From Ramazzottius varieornatus (taxonomy: Eukaryota > Animalia > Tardigrada): 64,000 bases of DNA. Under the pieces are notes generated by a model. That model made no database searches and was not told the DNA's origin. It saw nothing but the letters and a program-made list of their open reading frames with translations. A program made the translations under genes and the position numbers. Location of the stretch: positions 349,337 through 413,336 of the forward strand of contig BDGG01000010.1 of NCBI GenBank assembly GCA_001949185.1, written 5' to 3'. This document shows positions 50,989-62,192 of this stretch, in pieces. The number at the start of each line of letters is the position of its first letter. Position 1 is the first letter of the stretch.

Positions 50989-53883
50989 AGTCCTCCTCAC
51001 GACGAGCTGTTTAAGTCGCTGGCGGCTGATCTAAAATCTGAATTTCTTGATCACCTGAAAATGGTCGTGAGTGACAAAAGACGATGAGGATTACTGGAGC
51101 CACAAATCCCGATATGGAATCCCAGCCATGGTTGTATGTGACGACAAACGTAAAATCCGTTACCTGTTTGTCAGATTCTGTGGTTCAGCTCATGATGTGA
51201 GGGTCTACAGTAATTCACCCATGGCAAGTCAAACTTCAAAGTTCTCACCTGGACAATATCTTCTCGTTGACAGCGCTTTCCCTCCTTACAGTCCAAATCA
51301 AAATTCACGATAAGAAAGCCACCGAGCAGCTGTAGACTGGATAAAAGCCTGTGTCGTTTTACACAACATGTTACTGACGGATAGCTACTATGATGACAAC
51401 TGGACGAAGTACCGAAAACCGGAAGCACCAGACGTTCCACAAGATGCAGCCCTATTGAATGGAAAAGGGTTTAGAGAGAACATCAAACAAAGAGTCCTCA
51501 GCATCAAGAAGTCGATCCGACGTTTTAATCAGTAAAACGATTCTTGGATAATTCAAGTTGTAAAGCGAGCTTCGTAAGTTCAAACTCAAGTATTTCTTTT
51601 CGTTCTTCTCGGTCTCTCTGTTTCTCATCGTACTCGAACTGCCGTTGTGACCGACGCTCTTCCCGTTCTTCTTCGGCAATCCTCTGTGCCAGCTCCCACT
51701 TCTTTTCTTCTAGCAAGTTTCCTTTCCGCGATGGCCAGCTGATCCTTTATACTGGCCTGTAGAGCTTCGGCAACGCTCAGCGATTTCTGTTGAGTTTTGC
51801 TTTCCTCCACCTTCTTCTCGGGATTTTCTGACACCTTTCTCTGCGGGGTGGAGTTGACCGAGCGGGGAGTACTGCGAGGTGGACAGCTGACTTGTCAGCC
51901 ATGTCGAGTTCTCGGGTCTAACATTATGTCTTCCGCTCACTTGAATCTTAGGTCAATCAGAAGATTCGAGTGAGCGAAAGTCATTATTTTCGGCCCGAGA
52001 ACCTTGGCATGGGTGACAATTTTACTGTTCACCTGGTAACATGTTGGGTAGTCGCGGGACGAAAATCATCTTCGGGCAAGTCCGGTAGGCTAAAGTCAAC
52101 TTCCGGTGGCACGGATTCGTTGTACGTCACAGAAATACTTGATTCCATCTCACCTTCTTCGTCCTATGAGTCTCTCGGGTCAACCGACTTACGCGGCGTA
52201 TATGACATGTATGCTGGATCCCTGGCAGCTCGGTCGGCAAAGACTGGACGTACTCTGAACCAGTAAGGACAATAGTTCAGCACAATGCCTGTAAAAAATT
52301 AGTCTGCATTAATATTGGATTAGGTTGCGTATGACGTAAACGCAATGGGTAAAAGCTACCTCATAAACCGCGCGACTTCTGGGTACTGAATTACCTTTGT
52401 TCGTTGGATCTTCCATCTTCTCCTCAATAGGTCTCTCAGGATCAGGATTATTGCAGCCAGAGCCGCTGGCTTTCAGGAAGGCAAGAGCGAGCTTGCATCC
52501 CTTTTCCAAGTGGAGCAACTTGTTTCTGATCATAACCATTCGATAGATCTCGACGAGATCTATCGAATGGTTATGATCAGAAACAAGTTGCTCCACTTGG
52601 AAAAGGGATGCAAGCTCGCTCTTGCCTTCCTGAAAGCCAGCGGCTCTGGCTGCAATAATCCTGATCCTGAGAGACCTATTGAGGAGAAGATGGAAGATCC
52701 AACGAACAAAGGTAATTCAGTACCCAGAAGTCGCGCGGTTTATGAGGTAGCTTTTACCCATTGCGTTTACGTCATACGCAACCTAATCCAATATTAATGC
52801 AGACTAATTTTTTACAGGCATTGTGCTGAACTATTGTCCTTACTGGTTCAGAGTACGTCCAGTCTTTGCCGACCGAGCTGGCAGGGATCCAGCATACATG
52901 TCATATACGCCGCGGTAGTCGGTTGACCCGAGAGACTCATAGGACGAAGAAGGTGAGATNNNNNNNNNNNNNNNNNNNNNNNNNNNNNNNNNNNNNNNNN
53001 NNNNNNNNNTCTTGCGGTTGATTGGTGGTTGTTTGGGGTTGGTAGGGGTTGGGGGTAGCGGTCTCTCGCAGTGGACATGGTGGGGGTTGGGAGTTGACGA
53101 GCGGCTAGGTGGGGGTAACGTGCGGGTAGGCCTAGCACGCGTAAGAACAGAGCTGGAGACGAGCAAAGTGAGCCCCAGCTCCGTTCTTACGCTTTATTAC
53201 CCCTGGACTAAAGGTCCCCGTTGCAAAAACGGCTGATGCAGTTCGATAGATCTCGTCGAGTTCTATCGATCCCCCACTTTGAGGGGCGAAATTCTCCCTC
53301 AGGGGAGTCATATTTTACCACCTTACGGTAGACTGCAGCTTTGCTCACTCCTGCCGTCCTCATTTTTCCCGTCAAGTCGCTCTTCTTCCCAGCTACTTTG
53401 ATCGGTGCGTAGTTGGCCGGATTCTCGATCCACTGTAGCAGATTTTCTTCCTCTCCTGGTATCCAGATTGCGTAACCTCGCGTCTCGGCGTTGTCAGAGC
53501 CAGCGGATGTCTGATCGTTGCTTGCTTGGCTTCTTCGCTGCCACCTGACTGGTTTCTGCTTCTTTAGGCACGGTCTTGCGTCGTCCCATGATAGTTTCAC
53601 GGGCTCTGCTGACTCTGAGCTATACAATGTTCCTCGCGAAAAGTAGGTAAGATGCTGTGCGAGAAAGAACAGCAGAAAAGAATGAAGGACGAAATTTGAG
53701 CAAGATCCTATGGAGATTAGAAATAGAAAAACATTCCAGCCAAGTGTGCACGAGATACAGTAATTGGTTTTCGTTTTCAAGATAAGCTACTCAAGGGCTG
53801 CTTATCTTGAAAGCGAAATTTCGTAATCCGCTTTCAAGATCAACACAATGAACGGAGTTTTACGGCCTGTCGCGAGGAGGACT
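50989..53883. mobile_element. Defective PIF/Harbinger transposon: transposase remnant (+, ~51071-51530) convergent with a Myb/SANT-like ORF remnant (-, ~53600-51525)
   Basis: TIRs AGTCCTCCTCACGAC / GTCGCGAGGAGGACT. YWSHKSRYGIPAMVVCD...GSAHDVRV...YLLVDSAF is Harbinger DDE-like. WIPGEEENLLQWI...IRNKLLHLEK...SGSG and a coiled-coil tail fit the partner protein. Confidence 0.88.
52147..52959. repeat. Near-perfect palindrome with 406-bp arms and a 1-nt centre at 52553, ending at a gap
   Basis: Mirror ORFs 52309-52596(-) and 52510-52797(+). Only a few mismatches between arms. Confidence 0.95.
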
Positions 53884-54311
53884 AATAGTGATATGCTTTG
53901 GGTTTCAGCTACTGCAGCAGGGCTCTAATGTGCACCGACGAGCTGCTCAACAGTGTTATTACTATGACTTTTGGAATTTTAATTCCTGTTACAATCATTA
54001 AAATTCTACCAGATTTCATAATTTTAATTGCAGGAAACGGCTCTCGTGAAGTTTTCTATTATCTGTTGATTTTACTTGTGTTAGCAGCAGAAACTTTGAA
54101 TTGTGGGCGATCCAACGTGGCACATTGTACGCCATGCTGTCGCACTGTTAGGTCTTCATATTTTGAATCAATGCACCGCAGCGGCACAAAACGCACCATT
54201 CACGGTGCGCGGAACGAAACTATGTGGTACGCAGCTCGTTTCGCATGACGCGGCCAAGACCCGGTGCGCTTGGTCTTAACCCGGTGCGCCTACTGAGCTC
54301 ATACGCAGTAC

Positions 54312-54951
54312 TAGTGCTGGGATAAATACGATAAGATACGATATGATATTTTCTAATAAATATCTTTTAATATTTATATTTCGTTTTATATATCAACCGC
54401 GTATCGATATTTCGATATTATACGTTTCTGATATTTTATTGTTGATATTTCGAATTTTTTTGCAGTGATATATCGATATATCAAGCCAGTACTACCATGT
54501 TGGAAACTATCGAAATCAAGAAGGAGCCAAAGAGAAACCCAACGGCTGTCGTTCACTACGTTCGAGTCAGAACAAAAGTCAGATGTCTTCGTATACGCGA
54601 GTGTGTTCGTTGCTCAGTTTATCAAGGTCTGTCGTTACGCACCTAGGTACGCTTACTGTTCACTTCTCCGAAGTCAACTTGGATGCATGTGCGCGATACA
54701 TTACGGGCGAGGCTGCGCTGCCTGCCTGGTACCGAACCGGAGTATTGACTTCCGAAGTTCCGATTCTCATTGTGGGTTTGCGATTTATCGATGTATCAGA
54801 AATATATCGATATGATATTTTCATTTATCATATTCCGCTCAGCGATATTCCGTCCATATCGATATTTCGATATGATATTTTTATCATGTCGAATCACTGT
54901 GATGTGATATATTTCGATAAGGTACGATATATCATATTTATCCCAGCACTA
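54312..54951. mobile_element. hAT-type MITE (640 bp) rich in CGATAT repeats
   Basis: TIRs TAGTGCTGGGATAAATA / TATTTATCCCAGCACTA. The 8-bp flanks match only 5/8 (CGCAGTAC vs CGTGGGAC). Confidence 0.85.
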
Positions 54952-57900
54952 CGTGGGACAATTGTGAAAACTTCGTCAATATGGCCATTTTGTAAGCTTA
55001 TGTCTATTGCAACCCGTATTTGTTTTCTATTTCTGGAAAACGATTGCACAGAACTATAATTTGTGCAAACACAGTAGTTGTTGGTCTGACATTTCACTCG
55101 CTCCATGTCACTTTTATATGTTATAAACTTCTCGATTTGTAAAATGTAATTATAACTTCACAATTACGCCCTTTCACATTACAATTTACATTACACGGAC
55201 CATCTGCGTGTAATGCTCATCACTAGATTTTTCAGCCTAATAGACTCCATACCAAACAACTGCTGCTAAAAGGGGCCTGCACTTTGACACGGCCTGCAAG
55301 AACCCAGATCGTACGATCATGGAAATTGCTTACTCAGAAGACCAATGTTACTGACGCGTACAGGGCGCAGCCATGGCATGAGAATGTATGGTTCGATCCC
55401 TGTCAAATCGCGTTTTAGTCTCTAATAGAGATCAAGCCTGGGCTGTTTTCTTGGCCCGTATAACGATCTCTAAAGAGATGTATGGGTTGATTGATCCACC
55501 AGGTTGCGGGTGGCGTTTGGTACATGGCCATGTTTCCTTTAGTCATCTATGCCAGGAAGATAAGCAGTGTTACGCAGACAAAGCGCTTTTCTTTCCAAAT
55601 GGCGTCCAGCCTGTCGAGAGAGACGTCGACGGGTGCTTCATGGTCGTCAGACGATTCGGATCCTTCATCGGGGCTGACGATGTCGATGATGGCTGGACTG
55701 ACTGCAGCTCGCTTCGTCACCTTCTTCTGCTCCACGGCGGTCTTTGTGGGCTGCTGTCTCTTCTGCTTGACGGTGGGGGAACTTTTTTTCCAGCCATGCT
55801 GGTATCCTCATACTATTCTGCAATTTCTAGAGAAACGGCACACAGAGCGTTCGAAAGCGCAAAACAGAACCTGTAGAACATTCATACTGCCGATCAAGAG
55901 TCGGCGGTTTGAACCGTGTCTGGTGCGTACCTTTTAGGTATGGATTACTCGCAAAGCTTCCTACCGGGTACGAGATATCTACAGTGTATAACTGAGCAAT
56001 AAATATGAATACGTAGTAACGGGGAGAATCAAAAGGTGCGAGTAGACCAGACCTGCACTAGCGCCCGGGCCTAGGGTGCCGCGTCTAATATCGTATATTG
56101 AATGGAACAATTGATTTCATCAATTTTCCCCCATGTTAATTCCGTTTTGTTGTTTCATGCACCTGCAGGCTGCATGTACGTTTCATCCGAGTATATCATA
56201 TTGTATCATATTCCTCCACACCGTCATCCGGCCCGGCTGGGCCTGGCTGGTCAGGCTCAGCCGGACCCAGCCTAGGGATCCAGTATTCCGTGGGGTTAAT
56301 GCAGCAACACTCAAAACTGTGCCGTCATTGCACGAGATAATATGGCGAAGTCGAGGTTTGGACATCGAGTCTGTTTATCTGGAAGCCTTCGGACCATGGA
56401 CAGGAATGCCCGCTACGGTTGAAATCTGGCACCTTACTTTTAAGCAAGTTCGGGAGCGGCAGGCAGTTCCGTAATTGTACATGACTCATGCATACAGTCA
56501 GTCAATACATCGCTGTGCGTGCTGATGAAACTTGTAAAATAAGTAAACTGCCCGCTGCTCACTAACTGGCTTGAAAATAAGCTGCCAAAAGTTTGACTGT
56601 AACGGGCATTTCGACCACGGAGACCTTCTGCAGTACAGCTGCTCTAGGCTACTTAGAGAAGTGAGTGAAACAGAAGAGTCTAAAACTTCTCGACTTTTCA
56701 AGGCGAATTTCGGTAGGCTTTGGAGCTGGTAATGATGTGATTTGAGTTCTTGAACGAGAAGGCTGTCCGTGAATAGTCGTCCGATCCAGTCACGAGTTTT
56801 CATTGCAACAATCTCCCGTTTTCTTGACTGGAAGACTTCCCAGAAAGCGGGAAATCGTTCCTAGGTTACGTGACACTGGTTATGCCCAAAGCTAAGGCGA
56901 TATTGTTTTCACTCCTGGGTTTGACGATCAAAAATTCAAAACCGTCCAATAATACAGTTGAAAAAGTCCTCTACGTGTTTATCAGCAAAGTTGACTTGTC
57001 GGCTTCCATAACTATTGAGAAACGTTGGCTTACTAGCCTTTGGTTTTGGAGCCGTAAAGATATACAGCATATGCGTGGTGACGACACTGCCAACATGGAG
57101 CTTTGTCTTCCTTTTCAATGCATCTGTCCGATGTAGCGGATATTATGCTAATAAATAAGCCGCAAAGTTTGGCGGTCGAGGGACATAAGAAGGATTTGAT
57201 TAAACTAAGTGTTGAGCAGAAGGAAGTAAGTAAAAGACGATAGCGCACACGAGAGATACTCTTACAACAAGGAGCAGTCACGTGTTAAGTCCACCCACGT
57301 GTTGGACGAAAACTTTTAGTGGCTCGTGAATCGAGAACGATTGCAGAGGCGAGAGCCAAGATAAAATTTGGTCTATCCATGACAGATTTGTTTTCTGTAA
57401 GCATGCATCCGACGAGAGGTCACCGCGTGAGCTGCTCAAGATCTTGTCTAACCATATCCTGGAAGAACCGCTGGGAGATCAGTGATTCTGACTTTATCCA
57501 AAAGCGCATTTTTTCGTAGCAAGTCAATCCTCACTTTGACCGAGTGGTTTCGGATATTTCTAGAGGGGAGAATGGAGTACCAGCAACTATCTTTGCGGCA
57601 TTTCGTTAGCTGAGACCCCCATGTTGAATATTAAGCTTCGTGAAAATCTGGATTGTTGGTTCGATGTAAAACCCACTGCGACTAGCTCGATAAGATGTAC
57701 ATTCTTGCTCGGTTCCTGCGCGCATGTTGTACAGAGGCAATAAACTTGAGCGAGGTACGTGCGAAACCTCGCCATGCGCGGGCCGTACCTGTACTTGCAT
57801 ATCAGCTGCTTCGTCTTCAGAATGTTGCTACCAGGCATAGCCCCGCATATCTTCCTAGCTCAATACATACTGGCGTACAAGCGCCAACCTTTATTGCAGA

Positions 57901-58851
57901 AGGTACAGTGAAGAGAAGGGAAATGCGATTAACAACTAACAAGTGCTTAACTGACCAGCGCAACAATTTTGGAAAAAAAACAATGTCCACAGTAAGTTGC
58001 TGTGCATTTTCTTTCCTTACGCTCGATCAGCACTGTAAGGCGCCCTTTGAGAAAACCATGAATTCGTAGGCAAGGTTGTTATCTACAGCTTTATTACTCG
58101 CTGGCTCTCGACCGAACGCACGAGTCGAGACAGAACGCTGCGGAACCAAAATAGTGTTTGTGGGTCTACAGGAACGCTGTACTGCGCTTTTCTCGCTTTG
58201 CATGACATTAGATCTTAGTGTGACCGTTGCTCCAATATACAGAGACGTTACACGGAAGCGTCGCCCCTCTCCCGTATCCGATTGTCGCTCGGAAGAGCCG
58301 GAACGCTCGATAACCTCCCCTAAACCAGAAGAGTACCCAGGTACTCGTAATGAAGGGGCGAAGAAAGAGCTAGCCCGTGGGGTCAGCTTTTCAAATTCTG
58401 ATTTCTGAGTGGGCCGGGCCCAAGCGGCCCATTGCTCAACGCGTCCCTGCCGGTGATCAAATTTACGTGTTCTGCACCAGATCTACGCCCATGGCCAGTC
58501 AATAATACTGAATCACAGCAGCACAGTGGCCTGCTCTTACACGACCTTGCTTCACATTCCAGTCACGCTTGAGCGAGTCCAACTCGTGCTGGACTTTTGC
58601 GTTCCGAGTAATCATGAGTAGAAATTTAATCAACTTATCAAAGGCACCCTGCATTATTTTAAGGCACCTTTTCCACCTTGCGAAGGGCACCTTCGTTGTC
58701 CAGGGTGGAAAGGTGGAAAATCGTATATCAGAGAGGCTCTAAGGTGGAAAAAAGGCACCAAAAGGCACCGCTAGTGCAGGTGTGGAGTAGACATAACATT
58801 GTAGTATCAATAACAGCGCAGGGCAGTTCACCTACTTTGTGCGTTTTTCAA

Positions 58852-58894
58852 GTGGCGCACATTATCAGCCGGTAACACAGAAAACTTGGGCCAG
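58852..58894. repeat. Single N25 hairpin unit outside any recognised gene
   Basis: TCAAGTGGCGCAC-N25-TTGGGCCAGATGAG. The spacer resembles those at 37050 and 37123. Confidence 0.6.
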
Positions 58895-61215
58895 ATGAGA
58901 AAACAATCTTTTACTCATCGTGGTTGTACGTACTTCCGGTGTGTTCCGTGCGTGCCTTCCGGTCTTCGAAGTTATCGCGTTTGTAACGATATTCCGATTT
59001 GTGGACGTATTAGAATGCAAGCCATCTGGGTCAAACAATCTGGCTAACGCGTGATGGCTTGTTGTGTCTCGGACCAAACGGTACTTGGGTGATAGACTGA
59101 CTGATCTAGGTTTTTAGCCAAACTCACACTAATCAAGCGTTACGTCATTGCTAATATCAGCCCCCATTGCGCCTGGACGAAGTCAATCGAGGACTTGAAT
59201 CACTTGATCATGCGTTTTGCTCTCCAGCAAGACGAAGTTTAGCAGCTCATCAGTGCCCATCAGTGATTCCTCAAGGACTTTTATTATTGTATCCGGGGGA
59301 TAAGATGGGCAAACGTCATCATTCTTTTGACCAATCAGAAAACAATTCTGGCTCCTTCCGGATCTTTCGATACAGTTCAACAGAGCATGCTTTGCAACCT
59401 ATCAGTAAAATATCTTGCAGGATTCTGACGGCTAAGTACACTTGACCACGCGATCAAAATCTTATCAAGAACGAAAGCGCTAACTGGCTTTATCTATGCG
59501 TATGGCAATGTCGTATTCAGACACAGTTTACAATGAAACAAATCCACTCTTTCTTGCGGCTGTAATTTTATATGTGGGTCCGACACAAACTGAAACTGAA
59601 GTACGGGATAGAATCTTTCTAGGTAGTAAATTAAATGTGCAAGCCGAGACTGCTCGGGATGAAGTCTGAGCACTGCGACTAGGACCGTAACTCAGCAAAC
59701 TAGAACAGTTCTCCGAAAACAAAAATGTTTGGGACCAAGACAAGCTGTCTGAACTTCAAGCGGAGAACGAGGGACTATAATATCTGCTTTCACACAAAGA
59801 CCGTGATCACGACAGAACCTGAATTTTAGTAAAGCACTGCTACTCGACAAGATAATAGACCTGTTTCGCAAGTCATGTTTCGGCTCTGAATAGAATAAAA
59901 TCTCATGATTTTAGACTGTCAGTTTCTGTGCAGAAACCGTTTCGCGATTTGCTCACTTCCGGCACAGAATATTAGCATAAAGGGACGTTAGGCCGCGCGA
60001 GGTCAGCAGGGCATCGGAATTCGCGGGGCCTGTCATTTATCCCTCTACTGGATAAAGCCCGGACTTCTTTCGCTTTTTCTGGCGATAGCTTCGGGAAGAC
60101 AATTATCTCTTCCTAACTTCAATTCTAGTTTCGGTCGAAAACATGATGGATTTCGAGAAGGACCGAGAGCGGAAGTCAAGTGGCGCAATGTGGGAGAGTT
60201 GTGTAGCTCGGATCACTTGATGCGCCAAGTCCAATTCGCTGATTGGTCTGATCACGCTCCACTCCACCAAAACTTCAAATTTCGACCAAAGTGGTCAATA
60301 GTAAAATCAACTCAGCTTGCACAGAATTTCAAAGTCTGTGCAGCGATATTAGGCAAAACATAAGCCGTGGATAACTGCACAGCATAAAACCTATACTTAT
60401 GCTGTGTTTGCTACTCTAAGGGCCTCTTCAGATCCATCAGACTCGGTGACTGAACTCGGCATCATACAATACGATCTGATGATTAATGGTTTTCTGAATA
60501 GAACCCCAACTTTGTCCGCAATTAGAGGGGTTTTTGCACGGGCAAAAGCAGATAGCTGAAGGGAAGGGCAGCCAGAAATTTCTACTAGGAAATCTATGAT
60601 GACTGCAAGGAGAAATGAAATACTGGCTTCAGGAAACTTTCGAGTGTCAAATTCTCCTACTCGTTCAACGAGTTTACGAAAAGATCGAACATTCTTCTTC
60701 CACAGTAATGGCTGTCCGCGAACGCCTGGGCAGTCAGGCTTCGAATGTTTTTACAGGAAGAGAAAATAATTGCTAAAAAAGACGAAGCTGAACGTCTTTA
60801 GAGTTTCCCGGCAAATATGCGCGTGTAACAGTATCACGTCGCACGTTATGGTTGCCGAAAGCGAAAATTCAGTTAGAGGATTTAAAATGTGTGGACCTGG
60901 TTGAGCAAAACGAAATATGTTGAAAGTCGGGCTGGTGATGGAGCGATGAACTAGCCGGCATCTCTTCGCTCAACTTACGCACTTTTGCGGTGCTTGGAAC
61001 AAAACTCGTTTTTTCGGTAATCATAACTACAGTGGATTCACTGGATTTGACCAAGCTTGAAGCTTCGGTCGGACCAACAGGCCGATTTTTGGTTGACTTT
61101 TTGGTCAATATTTTTGACCTTAACTTGAGCACTGCTCAAGTTAAGCTTGTGATCCCCTTGTTCAAACTGGTCAGCAGACGTTCTTCTTCCACTCATCACC
61201 GAAATTTTTCTCACC

Positions 61216-61374
61216 ACGAGGTAAAACTACCCGACTTGTCCATGAGAGATTGCATCGCGAAGTCGTCCACAAGGGAAAGAAAGAGAGACCGAGCTGCGCC
61301 TATTTTCTCTGTTTCTCTTGTGGATAACTTCGCCATGCGATTTCACATGGACAAGTCCGCTAGTTTTATCTCGT
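61216..61374. repeat. ~160-bp imperfect fold-back hairpin
   Basis: TAAAACTACCCGACTTGTCCATG...CCACAAGGGAAAG pairs with TTTCTCTTGTGG...CATGGACAAGTCCGCTAGTTTTA. Confidence 0.8.
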
Positions 61375-62192
61375 ACTGAACGATGTTCACAAACTTTAAA
61401 GAAAGACTTCAAAAACATTAGGCACTCGCTTTCATGTTTTCCGTCGTGCTCCTACTGTATACTCCGGCTGTTCAGAAAGCAAATTGTAGTTACACGTCAT
61501 GAAAGGGGCGGAGCCAGGCAGTAGCTACAGTTGCAGAGTGAACGGGAGTGGCAACTTAATCTCTATATTATAGGCGCTTGTTTTAGGTTCAGTTTTTGAC
61601 CGGCTGTTCAAATCGTGACGTATCAGCACGCCTGATGGCTGTGTAGGGTGAGGTAGAAGAGCTCGTAACAGATCGTTTGATCGCTCTGACTGATACATGC
61701 TCGCAGTGTTTGGACTAGTGCCCGGAAGAGCTTTCCATACTGCCGCAAACTGCTGATCCATATAGCAGTCTGGCAAGCTCAGCCGTGCGTTTCTCTCAGT
61801 GCAACTTCCTCAAATTGTTGGCCGTGTTGTCTGTGCGCCGTGCTTGCTGGCACAGAAACGTACGCCATTGTACAACGCTGACTCGATACAACCACAACAG
61901 AGGCAACGGCGGAACGCAAGGGACAGAAATGCTGTACGCCGATCGACTGTATCCACTATAAAATAAACTGCTGCTATAACGTAGTACACGTACAGTACAT
62001 GCAATCGCGGGTATTCGCGGAGGGCACGGCGGCGTTTTGAATTATCAATAGTGGCTATAGCCATTTCTATTGCCTATACAGTACAGTGCAGCGCATGCGG
62101 CCAGATTTCGTGCTCTAGCAGGAACGTGCTGAGAACATTGTGGTACGGGAAGGTAGAACAAAAACCCACAATCGTCAAGAGGAGCGGGAGAA

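Larger units (their letters stand above)
49940..53927. mobile_element. Non-autonomous hAT-type element hosting a nested Harbinger
   Basis: 11-bp TIRs TAGAGCCCTGC / GCAGGGCTCTA, 8-bp flanks ACGTGCAC / ATGTGCAC (7/8 match) and TGCAG subterminal repeats. Confidence 0.7.

Noticed and set aside
52309-52797. Two near-identical 95-aa ORFs on opposite strands
   Set aside because: They are a by-product of the palindrome, containing part of the Harbinger Myb-like ORF, not two genes.
53220-53250. CTGATG near hairpins resembling a hammerhead ribozyme core
   Set aside because: It lacks the full CTGANGA...GAAA core and the three-stem arrangement.
60176-60230. TCAAGTGGCGCA half-site with downstream TGCGCCA
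   Set aside because: The spacing does not fit the 25-nt module, so it was excluded from the count. It is at best a rearranged copy.
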